A model generated the notes under the pieces. The model made no database searches, had not been told where the DNA came from, and saw only the letters and a list, made by a program, of their open reading frames with translations. A program made the position numbers and the translations under genes. Positions 25,601 through 36,800 of a stretch of 64,000 bases of DNA are shown in pieces. How positions within the stretch are numbered: position 1 is the first letter of the stretch; each line of letters begins with the position of its first letter. The DNA comes from Camelus dromedarius (lineage: Eukaryota), in NCBI RefSeq assembly GCF_036321535.1, contig NC_087437.1, positions 17,486,001 through 17,550,000 on the forward strand, given 5' to 3'.

Positions 25601-26660
25601 TTGGCAAGGCCAGCATCCCACCGTCCCTTGTTCTAACTCAGGGGTATATCAACTCCTCTCTCTCTCTCTCTCTATTTTTGTTTTTAAGTGAGTAGCATGT
25701 TTTGATTCTATTTGCGGTACCTTTGTTATAAATATAATACATTTTTGAAAACTTGGTTTTTAATTAACTTGAGTAGATTTATATTTTAAATGGGTCAACT
25801 TAATCATTAAAGTTCCATGATAAAGAATATGATCATTTAAATGGCAAAAGTCTCACACGGTGAAACAGCCCTACGTCATAATTTAGTTCATGGGCATCTC
25901 GATCCCCTTTCCCTTCTACAAGATATCACACTGGCCCGTTACACTGCTGACATGATGCTGATCGGACCTGGTGAGCAAGAAGTAGCAACTTCCTGGTAAG
26001 ACCTTTGCGTGGTAGAGGGAAGGGAGTAAATCTGCCTGCGGTTTAGGGACCTTCTGCCCCAGTGACATTTCTTGGGGTCCCACCCATGGTGGGCGGCATG
26101 TTGAGATATCCCATCTCAGGTCTTGTTTTACACGGTTATGGAGACTAAGAAGTCCCAAGAGCTGCAGGTGGCAAGCTGGAGACCAAGCAGGGTCGGTGAT
26201 GTAAGTTCCAGCCCGAGTCCCAGTCTCGGGGCAGGAGAAGACTGACGTCCCAGCTTGAAGACTGGTGGAGAGAGAGGAGAGGGAATTCTTACGCAGCCTT
26301 TTAATTCTATTCAGGTGTTCCTTCTAAGGTAAAGGACAAATTGTTGCTCGGGCCCCTCCTACAACCGAAAAAAGAGGCACAACACTTAGTGGCCTCTTTG
26401 GATTTTGGAGGTAACATATTCCTCATGTGATGTGTTATTCAGCCCATTTACTGAGTGACCTGAAGAGGTGCCAGTTTCAAGTGGGGCTCAGAACAAGAGA
26501 AGCTGGGCTGTCTGCTCAGCCGTTCAGGCCACGTGATCCGGCAGGTCCGATGGGGCTTAGACTGTCATGGCAGATGGGGATGCTGTTAGGGGCCTTTGGC
26601 GGCTCCTGTAGGTGAATCACACGTCAGGCCCTTAGGATTTCTCTGGAGAACCCAGACTTG
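22660..26660 (+). mobile_element. Degenerate ERVL internal region (PBS, gag, pro, RT), internally deleted and ending in the last ~25 bp of a 3' LTR
   Basis: PBS tggtactgagagtgg at 22664-22678. ORF 25422-25691 (DYCELNHVV..EQINTALGTWFAAIDLAIAFFSLPV..QKQCPFSWQGQ) is ERVL RT. The YIDD motif has decayed to YTAD at 25940. Many stops and frameshifts. LTR end ttctctggagaacccagact at 26639-26658. Confidence 0.9.
23956..24375 (-). mobile_element. L1 3' end inserted into ERVL gag
   Basis: T-rich head followed by aagtatagttggtttacaat, present twice. Flanked by the duplicated cagaagac..cttt. Confidence 0.8.
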
Positions 26661-26699
26661 TCCACAGCCATGGCCTTCCTCCTCAGCCTCCAGTTTTCC

Positions 26700-27109
26700 T
26701 GTTACGGAAATGACAGGCCAGCCAAGAAACAAGCACCACTCGGAGGGTTGGAGTACTCAGATTTATTACGCCGGCGGACTCAGAGGGGCTTCTACTCCAA
26801 AGCTCTGAGCACCTCCAAGACATGCACATGAGGTTTTATAGGGTTAATTACAAGTATGGGGCTATTAGCCAATAAGGCTCAAACAACAAAAAGCAAGGAA
26901 TCAGTACACTGGAGCTTATCAATTTGGAACAGATCACGTTACTGACACTTGTTGAGCTTGGATTTACGAGTTAGCTTGTTAGCCCAGTAAACTGACACTA
27001 AACTTCAGATTTATGAGTTAGCCCAGCAGAACTTAGATCAGTAAACCGACACTTATCACACTTAGATTTGTGACTTAGCTTGTTAGCCCAGCTGGGCTTT
27101 TCCTTCACA
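26700..27109 (-). mobile_element. Young ERV1-class solo LTR
   Basis: TG...CA ends, exact 4-bp TSD ttcc (26696-26699 and 27110-27113), minus-strand TATAAAA (26834-26840) and AATAAA (26762-26767), and U3 tandem repeats. Confidence 0.85.
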
Positions 27110-29800
27110 TTCCCAGACGCCGCTGCCTCCTCTGCATTCACAGGCCCGTGGGCCAAAGTGAGCCAGGCACCCGGCCTCCCCAGCTGCCGGGAGCATGCTT
27201 CCGGCTCCGGCATGTGACCCTTAGGTTGGGGTTAAGAGGTAAACTGCCCCCATTCCACCCTTTCCCTGGGGTCAGAGCGCCCCAGCAACCTTCTCCAAGG
27301 ACATCCTTGGAATGTTCAACAACTCAGCCCTTTTCATGTCCTCCCAATGAGTGTTGGGAACAATATTTGGGTATTCCCTTTAAGTATGACATTACGTTAT
27401 GTATTGAAGAGGTAAGGAGGGAGTAGCATCTTTGCAAGGAGACCGGGGGATGAGGAAACATGAGCTAGTAGTTATGAAAATTATTGCTATTGGAAATAAA
27501 AGGACGACAATAAGTAGGAGAAACCTCAGGCTAGAATAACTGATGGGGGACAAGCCATCAAAAGAGAGAAAGAAGTTACATCTAATACAGCACCGAAAGA
27601 TGAAGAAACGAAAAATATGAAGCTGAGGGTCATGGAAGGCAGATGGAGAAATTCTAATCCCATGGAGCTCCTGAATGAGAAAACTGGTGAGAACACAGGA
27701 GAGGGAATGGCTGGAAAATTTCTATAATCGAAAAAAATTCCAGTTCCGGGAAGTGCACTGATTGTGGTGAGTAAAGTGCTAAAACCCCAGACAGTCCCTC
27801 CCGGCCACCACCACGCCTCCTCGGGCACAGAGAGGGGAGATTCGGCCCCAGTGAAGCTGTGAGCCAGCATCACCCCGATCACTTCCTGCCACAGGACATC
27901 CCTGGGTCCAGGGCTTCCTCTCCCCAGGCTTGGAGAAGAGGGGGCATATGTGACTGAAGTCTCCACAGCTTTCTACTACTTCCTTCTTTCTCCATAAACT
28001 GATGGAACAGACCTTTTTTGCATTAAAAAAAAAAAACAACGAAAGAAAGGATTTCCTGCTGCTTCTGGTTCACACGTAGCCTGTGATGAGCTCAGGTCTG
28101 TTATGTAGGGCTCGGATGCATGGTACAGCACACAGTAGGAACTTATTGCAGGAGTCTTCCTCTGTGTTGGTACTTGGCTCTGTGCTGGGGGCCCCGCTGC
28201 TTCAGGTCTTCTCGAAGAGGCAGTGATGGAGACAGGGCTGGCCAGCCAGGAAATATCAGTGTCTGTCTCTGCTGACACATCCTAGCTGCTGCCCTATTGT
28301 ATAGCTCTCCTGTATTGTATATTCCTATACTTTCCTGTATTGTGTAGCTGTCCTATTGTATTGCTCACTGACAGTGCTTCCAAAGGATGTAAAGAAGAGG
28401 AAGGGAAGTAAGATCTGGCTAGCCTCTTGATTTTTAAACGTTAGACCAATGACATTTCTCTCCAGAAGGAATACATGTGTATTATAAAAAGTGCAAGCAG
28501 TATGGAAGAACATCAGTCAAAAATCTCCTCCCTTCCTTCCCTCCTCCTTCCCTCAGGTGTCAGTTCTGTGACTATTTGGTGTGTCTCCTTCCATAATCAT
28601 GACATATCACCAGCTATGGTTCTCCCATCCCACAATCCTGTTTCTCTGGGACCCTCCTCTGCTCCTGACCTGGGAAGGTAGACGGTAGATACTCATCACT
28701 TCAAGGAAGCTGTCACAGTGGAATCAGAGACGAAATACACCAATTCTTGAGTTTTAGTCTAAAAAGTTCTCATCCCAGATATAAAATAGAAAAGATTGAG
28801 CAGAATATGTTTTGGCAGTTTCCCCCTCTCTTCCCAACCCCAGACAGATCAAGCTGAGGACGAGGAAGAGGGAAGGATGGGGAGGAACAGAAATAGTCAG
28901 GGTCTCCAAAAGGCGGTCTCCTGCGCCCTTCCCTGGGGGTTAGATACGACATATGAGTGTGTGAACGCTCAAGGTCAAATCTGGGGACTCAGGAGCTGAG
29001 GGGTCAGTGATAAGCCTCCATGTGGAGATTTGGGGTGCAGACACGCTCTTAAAATGTGATACGAGGCAGGCCCCTAAACCTGAGGGCCAAGGTAAGGAAA
29101 AAAGACTGCATTGACGAAGTTTAAATATAAAATGCCTGACTTTATCCAGGATTGACCATGGTTGTTACATTTTCTGCATCAGGAGGAATGGAGATTCCAA
29201 ATTAAGGTAAAACCCAATTATGTAACAGTAACAAAAGTCATAACACACACACGTATATATATGCCTGATAATATATATATATGCCTGATAAATATATCAA
29301 TATATCAATGTTATGACTTTTGCTACTATTACATATATAATGATGTATGTTATATACATGACTATTGTTATATATATAAAAGTATATATAAAATATATGG
29401 CCTTTTTAGATAGTTTCCATTAAAAAATTCCAAACACTGCCGCAATGACTGTCTTTGCACACTTGTGCGACTGTACGCGGGACAGATTCCTACAACTGGA
29501 AGATGAAGAAATGTGAAGTTGGATTCCACTCATGCTTTTGTCTCTCTTCCTCCATTTCTCTTTCTTAAAGACCTGACTTTATCCTGAGATGGGATGAAAG
29601 AGTAATGATTCAATTTCTCGCTGTCCTTGTCAAGTTAAGATATTTAAACAAGAAGTGAGGGTTCGTCTATCACCAAAGAGGTGCTGAACAGTGAAGTTTT
29701 GTTTCCCACTCTGTCCTCTTCCCGGATATTGGTAAATATCTAGATCGGTGGCTTTGTTTCGCTCTTCCGGAGTGAGGCTTCGAGGAACCCGCCAGAGCCA

Positions 29801-29834
29801 GCTGCAATTCTCAGAGACGCCACTAGGTGTCAAT
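29801..29834 (+). promoter_or_regulatory. CTCF site with upstream motif, forward orientation
   Basis: GCCACTAGGTGTCA core at 29819-29832, preceded by TGCAATT starting 17 nt before the CC, which is the typical upstream-motif spacing. Local CpG enrichment. Confidence 0.6.
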
Positions 29835-32800
29835 GTAGGTCTGAGTTGTCACCAACTCGCGGCTGCCGTTAATGGGGTTCAGTCCCCGTGGAGCCTCAGC
29901 GTCCTCTCCTGCAAAATAACAAATGTCCGTCGTGCAGGGCACTTTCTTCGGGAAGGACTCCAGGGAGCTCAGGAGTTTGCATACGAAGCCGAGGGAACGA
30001 GGGGCTTCTGATAATGATATTCAACGTCTAACAGAGTCGCTTACAGGCAGCGCCAGGGTCTCTCCCAGTTTTGATGTATGAGATTATTATGGAGAGGTAA
30101 TGCAGGCCAAGTGATGCTGTACGGTGCGCTGTGCATGTGGACTCCTGTGTGAATTGTGAGGCCTGGCGCAGCAGAGATGGCTGCTTCACAGGGTCGGGGG
30201 AAAGGGGTGTGATGGAACCTGCCATTGAGGGATTGACTGGGCCTCTTCTCGTGCAGGCCTCTCTCCTGGGTCCTGCAGTGGAAAGGCAGAGCCTTGGGGA
30301 GATAGCCAGAGGGGCTGCCAAGTGGTTGCTGCTCTGAGCCTTGACTGAATCAGGATTAAATGTATTCAGGGCAGCCCTTCAGTCCAGGCCTTTACGAAGG
30401 TGACAGGAGTCAAATGAGGCACCTGGAATGAGGTGTCCTGGAGGCTCCTCTGCAGTTGACCTCCAAGGGCAATGGAGCAGGGTAGGTAGACCCCTAGACA
30501 ATAAAACAGTGTTTCTTCTCTTCTTCCAGCTTGTGCCAAGCCTCCTCCATGGCCCACCCATTTAGACTGGAATGTTGTGTCTTTTTTTTAGACTTTTAAA
30601 GTGGAACTTTATTTCAGTTCTTTTGTAAAAGATGTAAAAGCTAAGATAAAGAGTGTTTTAAATATATGAAATATATAACCTTTCTAATAAGAAGGGCTCC
30701 TATTCACAATTTATTGTTAGTTTTCACTCACTTTATCTGCTTCCTACATCTCTTAAGCTTCTTGTTTGTTTTAAGATTCTTTGAGCCACATCATCAGCTT
30801 GAGATGAAAGTTCTATCCTCTAGCTTTAATGTTTCTGTCCACCCTGGTGAGTCCCCACAGGCTCTAACTAACGGCGATGAGAAGTGCCTCCCGAGGACTC
30901 CCTATCCCAACACCTGCTGTTCCAGGACCACAGGTGGTTCACCCCTGGACCCACACTATGGTCACGGCCACAGGGCATCCCTGCGAAGTCTGGTCCTAGA
31001 GGGGTGGATGCTTGTCCTCTGCAGAGTGAACTCTCACCGTGGCATCGAAGTTATTTACTCAAAGTTTTTGCTCACCTGCTCGGCTGTTACCTTCAGAGCC
31101 CAGCACAAGCCCCAGCCAGGTACCAGGTGTCAGATCTGGTTCTCCCTTCGCAAACCCTGACTCCAGGCCTCAGGCCTTTGGTTAGAACCCGAATCCCCAT
31201 CCCAGATTACAACTTCCTTCTCACAGACCTACCCCAACAGCTTTTTTAGCCTCAAGTCTGGATCTTAGACCTTTTATTCCCAGAAGAGCCCAGCTCCTAC
31301 TGCAGCCTGTCCACCTGTCCCCTGAGCTCTGCAGACTGTGGGGTGTCAGGCAGGGCACGCCTTCACAGCAGCACACAGTCCTGCTACACTCCTCCAGGGC
31401 TTCAACAATAAGGAGTCACAGACCTGCATCCTGGGGGGGCCTTAGCATCCTCTCCCCATACATATGTACTAGAGAAGGCCTTAATGTGCACAACTAAGGC
31501 GGGTCCCCCAGTGGTCCCAAGGTAACTTGCTATTCTTACCCAATGACTAAGAGGCAGACAATGTCATTTGTTCAATTTTAGATTCACTTTGGACCTAGTT
31601 ACTTTTACTGTTGACAGAAATCTCTTCATCTTTATATCCGCAGACACTCAAAGCCAATCTGTAAATATTGACTCTTGATTTGCCTATCTCTGGATGGGCA
31701 CACAGGCAATGACTGTCCATTATCAAGTAAGTGGAAGCCAGGCTCTGGCTTCAGGACTGTGTGGATGACTGGTTGCCAGGCTGACACTCAGGTAGAGGGG
31801 TGGTGGGGGGCCATGTGTGCCGGGCGGGTCTCATTCTCCTCCCAGCTCTCCTGCTCTCTCTCCTTCCTTGGCCTCTCCTCCCTAAACCTGATCACTCAGC
31901 CTGTTTGTGGGGTCTGGCTATTGGGTTTTCTGCCTCAATAGTGTTTGCTGCTACAATCTACCCTGGGAGCGCCATTTTAAACCACGTTGAGTCCAAGAGT
32001 CTTCCTCTTGGATCTGGGGCAAAACACCAGCCCCGTGGCACTTTTTGTGTATTAGATATGTCTCCAGATTCTAGCAGGTGAGGGTGGGGAGAAGGAGTGT
32101 TGTGGTTCCTGACTTAACCATTTTACACTAAGTGTCATGTGGACGGCAACACACATATGGTTCACGGGTTGGCAGGCAGGCAGTTGGGCAGGGGATCAGC
32201 AAAGAGGTGAGGGATTAGCGCATGCTGGGAATACCTGCCTTATAGGCTGGAGAGAATTCTGCTGGTCTGGAGCAAGCTCTGGAAAATAACCAAGACTCTC
32301 GCCCAGCATTCAGTTCTGCCCAGGACTTGTAAACTGACCTCTGTTTGAAGGTTCTGAATCCCAGAAGTGGGATGCTGGCCCTTAGGGCAAAAGCACAGTG
32401 AAGCGAGGAGGGGAGTGCCCAGAAACATGAAAGAGCCCCAAGAGGATCTGGGTGGAGTATGGAGGCGGCCTCTCCGTCTGTCCTCTCTCAGCCCCCGTGC
32501 CTGTTGTTTGAAATTGGAGCTGTCAGCGCGCCCTCTCAGGGCAGGTGATGAACAAATCTCTGGGCCAGCCTTGTCTGAGGATTCCCATTCCTAGTGGAGG
32601 CCCCACTCTCCCGTCTCCATCCACGGGCTCAGAGCCACTTTTTCGGGGTGTCTATGCCTCAGGAAGATCCCTTCCTCTCAGTACCAACTCTAGTCTGTGA
32701 TCTGGGCTTTTCTCGGGGATGGGGGGGTGGTCAGCCAGAGCTCAGCCAGCACCTCAGCTGCTCCCTGAGGAGCAGGAAGACATGTGTGGAGAGGACAGAC

Positions 32801-33424
32801 TAGAGGGCTGGGGAAACCTGTCTGTTAGGCACTGGTCACACATGGTCAGCACGGAGGACGTCATTGGTCATGTAGTCCCCTCCAGGCCTTGCACAGATGG
32901 GGACACTGAGGACCAGACACATGGATTCTGTCAACTCACTGGGGCTTTCTCAGCGCCAGGGCTCCTGGGCCAGGCTTGGCTGTGCTGGTGGTTTCATCAC
33001 TGGTCATCTTTCAGGTTTCCCCCTTCCTAGGTCCAGGAACTGGGCAAATAGATTACCGTCCTCTCACTGTCCGAATATCCTCAAGCAGCCTCCCACTGGA
33101 CACCCCACGCAGGCGAGGGTCTTCCAAGGAGGGACAGGGTTCCTCCAACAGTGCACCTGGAACTCACTTTGCTGCACAGCCGGCTTCTGTCAGAACAAAC
33201 ATTGGGCTAAGCTGCCTTGGCTTCCCCAGACTGATCAGTTCCTGGATATTAAAGAAGAAATGGCCCAGATTCACACTGGCCCCCACTTCTCCTCCATTCC
33301 CTCAGCTAGAAGAATTCATTACCAAAGCCTCTTCTATTTTTTTGGAAAAAAAATACTCCATACATTTTAAAACAATCATGAGGGGGCAGAATTGTGGCAG
33401 GCAACATTTAACAAGTTCATTCAA

Positions 33425-33580
33425 GGGGGAAGGTACAGCTCAGTGGTAGAGTGTATGCTTAGCATGTACGAGGTCCTGGGTTCAATCTCCAGTACCTCCA
33501 TTAAATAAATAAACAAACAAATAAACAAATAAATAAATAAACCAAATAACCTCCCCCTTCAAGTAAAAAAACAAAAAAAA
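33425..33580 (+). mobile_element. tRNA-derived SINE (camelid Vic-1-like)
   Basis: ggggaaggtacagctcagtggtagag...ggttcaatctccagtacctcc with A- and B-boxes, A-rich tail and TSD aagttcattca. Confidence 0.85.
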
Positions 33581-33695
33581 GTTCATTCAGCTCAGGAATT
33601 ACGCCCTACAAGCGCTACTGAATCACACTCTAAGTCCATTCTGAAAAACCCACACATATGACTAATGTGTTATTTGATGTTCCAGTTTTTTTTTT

Positions 33696-33801
33696 AAAAT
33701 ATGGAATGCTTCATGAATTTGCATGTCATCCTTGCTCAGGGGCCAGGCTAATCTTCTCCGTATGGTTCCAATTTTGGTACATCATGCTAGGAAGCCAGCA
33801 T
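33696..33801 (-). pseudogene. RNU6: Full-length U6 snRNA retropseudogene
   Basis: Reverse complement aligns to all of U6 (GTGCTCGCTTCGGCAGC...GCGTTCCATATTTT) with CpG-decay substitutions. Poly(A) tail and 12-bp TSD atgttccagttt (33677-33688 and 33803-33814). Confidence 0.93.
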
Positions 33802-36800
33802 CATGTTCCAGTTTATTCATTGAGGTAATAATATGTGGTATGGATTGACTCTGTAGCAAAAAAGAAAATTCTTTCCTTTCTTTTTTAAAATAACAAATGA
33901 CATCCTGTGGCCTCTCTTCCTTTTTTATGTATTTATTTTTATTATTATTATTTTTTTTACCACAAGTACAATGCACCCCGATAAAAAAAGACGAACATCG
34001 TATGTATCCGTGGTAATAGCCATGGCGAAGGCAGTCAGAGGCATATTAACCACAGACTTATCTGTGGAGCAGCACCTTATGTAAGATGCATTTTCCTCTA
34101 GAGCCAGGCAGCGAAGAATCCACCTACGCAGTAGACAAGTGGCCCCTGGGCCCATGTGCCACCCAGTGTCGGGCCTCTGGTAGGTGGGGGTTGGGGGGGA
34201 GTTTTCTCACCAACTTAATTGACAAAACAAGGGTAGGATTTCCATTTAGCACAACAGAAGCGAGTATGTCAATTGGCACTTGATGCATTGTAGTCTGGTT
34301 GTACTAATGTCGCCTACGGAACCCAAGATAATTTCAGTGACATCTTTCTTTTCTCTGGGGGAGAAATGTGCTTTCTGCCAGTGTCCGGCTGACAAGTCTG
34401 GATAAACATTTGCGTGGTAGATGGAGACAGTGTATTTAAGGTTCACTTGAGGTTAGCTATTTAAGGTATCTTTTATAAAACTGACATTCCCCCCCGCCCC
34501 CCACCAAAAAAAAAAAGAAAGAAAGATATAGGACTGAATACTTGGTGGAAGCTGATGGGATAACTTTGAGTCCCTCCTTCCAGGTGGCCAGAGGCTCCTT
34601 AAACTGTGGTCACCAAACGGATCATCCAAGAAAGCCAGAAACTCTCCTCCATGCACCTCTGTGAGCCTTAGGGTGTGGCCTGGTTAGCCATACGCCGCTG
34701 TTCATCTGCAGCCTCCCGCATCCAGTCACGACCGCACACAGCCTCCGTCACAGTCCTGCGGCCACGGACCGGCGGGTGGCTGTTCCCAGCGTGTGTGCCG
34801 TCACTCCGCGCGTGCGGATGGAGCCCCTGCCCTCGGCTGCGGCTGCCCCCCACTTCACGTCTCCACTCCCCAGCCCTGCCTGGCTTCTCTGCCTTCTCAG
34901 CTGCTCTACCGTTGCTCTTTGTAGCAGCTCAGCCTCGCTGTTTTCCCAGAGCCTCCGTGAAACCCCCTAACCCAACCATCTCCACCATTTGTCCCTTCCA
35001 GGCCTCGGGACCTGCTCAGGAGAGTCGTGGCGGCTGAGTCAACTGCTGACCTCAGCTGGAGACGCTGAGTTGCGTGGAACTTCTCTTCCTCTTGGTGCCG
35101 CTTCACATTATTTTCCCAGAGGTGCCTTCCAGCCTGGAATATCTAGGCTTAGAGGTGAGCAGGTGGTAAAAAACAAAACAAAACAAACAGAAAAACCAAG
35201 GAGGTGGAAATGCTGAACACTCCTTGGAAAAGTCCAGCAGTGGACGATTTGGAGAGGACTATAGTCTGAGAGGGACTCAGGCCAAAGGAGGGGAAGGAGT
35301 GATGGGCACTGGCGTGTGAGAGTTGGAGGGCAGGACCCCGAGGCCTGGGGGTCGTCCGCGGTTCTCTGGCACACTGTGTGTCCTCATAGGACTCTTTTTC
35401 TGCTTGAGCTTTGCGTGGATTCCTGGTCCTTAGCATCCAAGACGCCAGACTAGAATGATCTATATATGTCCAGTTGCTCAGGCCAGAAACCTGAGCTGCT
35501 GAAGGTCAAAGCATGGGTCTCATTCACCAACCCATTTGCAGTATCTGACTTAGCCCCTGACATTCATTTGTTTTCCCACAGTCTTTGTTGCATATTCAGA
35601 TGCCAGGAACATCGTAGGCATTCAGTTAGACAAATTTAAGCTCTTTTTACATCACATTCTGAAAATTGTGCCTCTAAAAAACTCCAGATTTTCCTGATTG
35701 GCAATTTAGCTGCCAGAATGCCTGGGAAGAAGAGACAGTTTGTTTAGAAGTAAAGATATTTTCCACTCGCTGATGAAAGAATCCAGATTTTGAGGAAGTA
35801 TTGAATTGTCTGGTAAAGAAAATATTTAATAAAAAAATTGTAGATCCATACAACTAAAATTGCTAATATGGAGCTAATCCTCACTGCAAAATTTTAAGGA
35901 AAAGGGCCTGCCAGACTTTGGGTTGGGTGTGCCCTTGAATGAAGGGGATGCCTTGAATTTCCCAGGGTGCCACTCTGAAGTCACAGCAATCCGCATGGAA
36001 TCCTTTGTCCCGTCAAATGAGATTCAGCATGGACCCTGGACCTTTGACAGTAGACAATAAACTCCCTACCTCTGTGACTCATTTTGGAAAAAAGAAAAGA
36101 GGAATTATACAATCAGATGTGTTCTTTTGGAGATTTTGGGAACAGCAAGACAGAAACCTTGTGGGCAGCAGGCTTAGGTTGGGCTGAAAACACACTGGAG
36201 TGTTTCTGTGTCCACGGAAGCCCTCCAGGCTGGCCGCAGCCCGGCTCTGTGAGAGCTATTAGGATGCAAAGCAGTCATGCAGGCTTGTTCCTGGAGCGTG
36301 TCTCACCTCTGTCCCCTCAACTCTGCCTCGGCCCATTCCTAAGTGTGAAAGTTCTGATTGTTATCTCAGTTACAGAATCCCATTCCTTGTCTGTTTTCTT
36401 TTGCCCTTATCCTCACATTTCTTTGAATGTCCTTTCATGGGACGCCTTGATCTGCTCCCAAAGAAATGCAATTATCAGAAATCAACCTCTCTCACCCATT
36501 TCTGCCCTAAGCAGCTTTTGCCCACCGGTGAATTTCACATTGTACTGAGAAACTCAGCAACTAATACTAATAACAATAAAATATGTTTGTATTTTTTAGA
36601 TGACTTTTTCCACTGGGGACTCCCTGGTGAGAGACAGGCACTGAGCAGAGTGAGTGTGTATATGAGCTGGAAATAGAGAGCAGGAAAGAGACCTGGCCAG
36701 CTGAAGCCTTTCCTTGACAGCTAATTTCCATTTTTTGGTATCAAGGGGTCTGTGCCGGTAATTGGCATGCAGATTGTGTCTGATGGGCCTGTTACACAGA

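Noticed and set aside
22660..26660. Possible domesticated ERV gag or pol gene
   Set aside because: Multiple stops and frameshifts, three insertions, a decayed RT catalytic motif and no integrase.
26941..27095. Spaced repeats superficially resembling a CRISPR array
   Set aside because: These are imperfect U3 tandem repeats inside a retroviral LTR in mammalian DNA, with no unique spacers and no cas genes.
27526..27966. 146-aa minus-strand ORF with hydrophobic stretches
   Set aside because: It is antisense to a decayed A-rich, L1 ORF1-like segment and shows no protein similarity I can recognise.
30666..33449. Longer ORFs of 120-164 aa (30666, 30884, 32897, 32976)
   Set aside because: No recognisable domains or exon structure, and overlapping frames. 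Consistent with chance ORFs.
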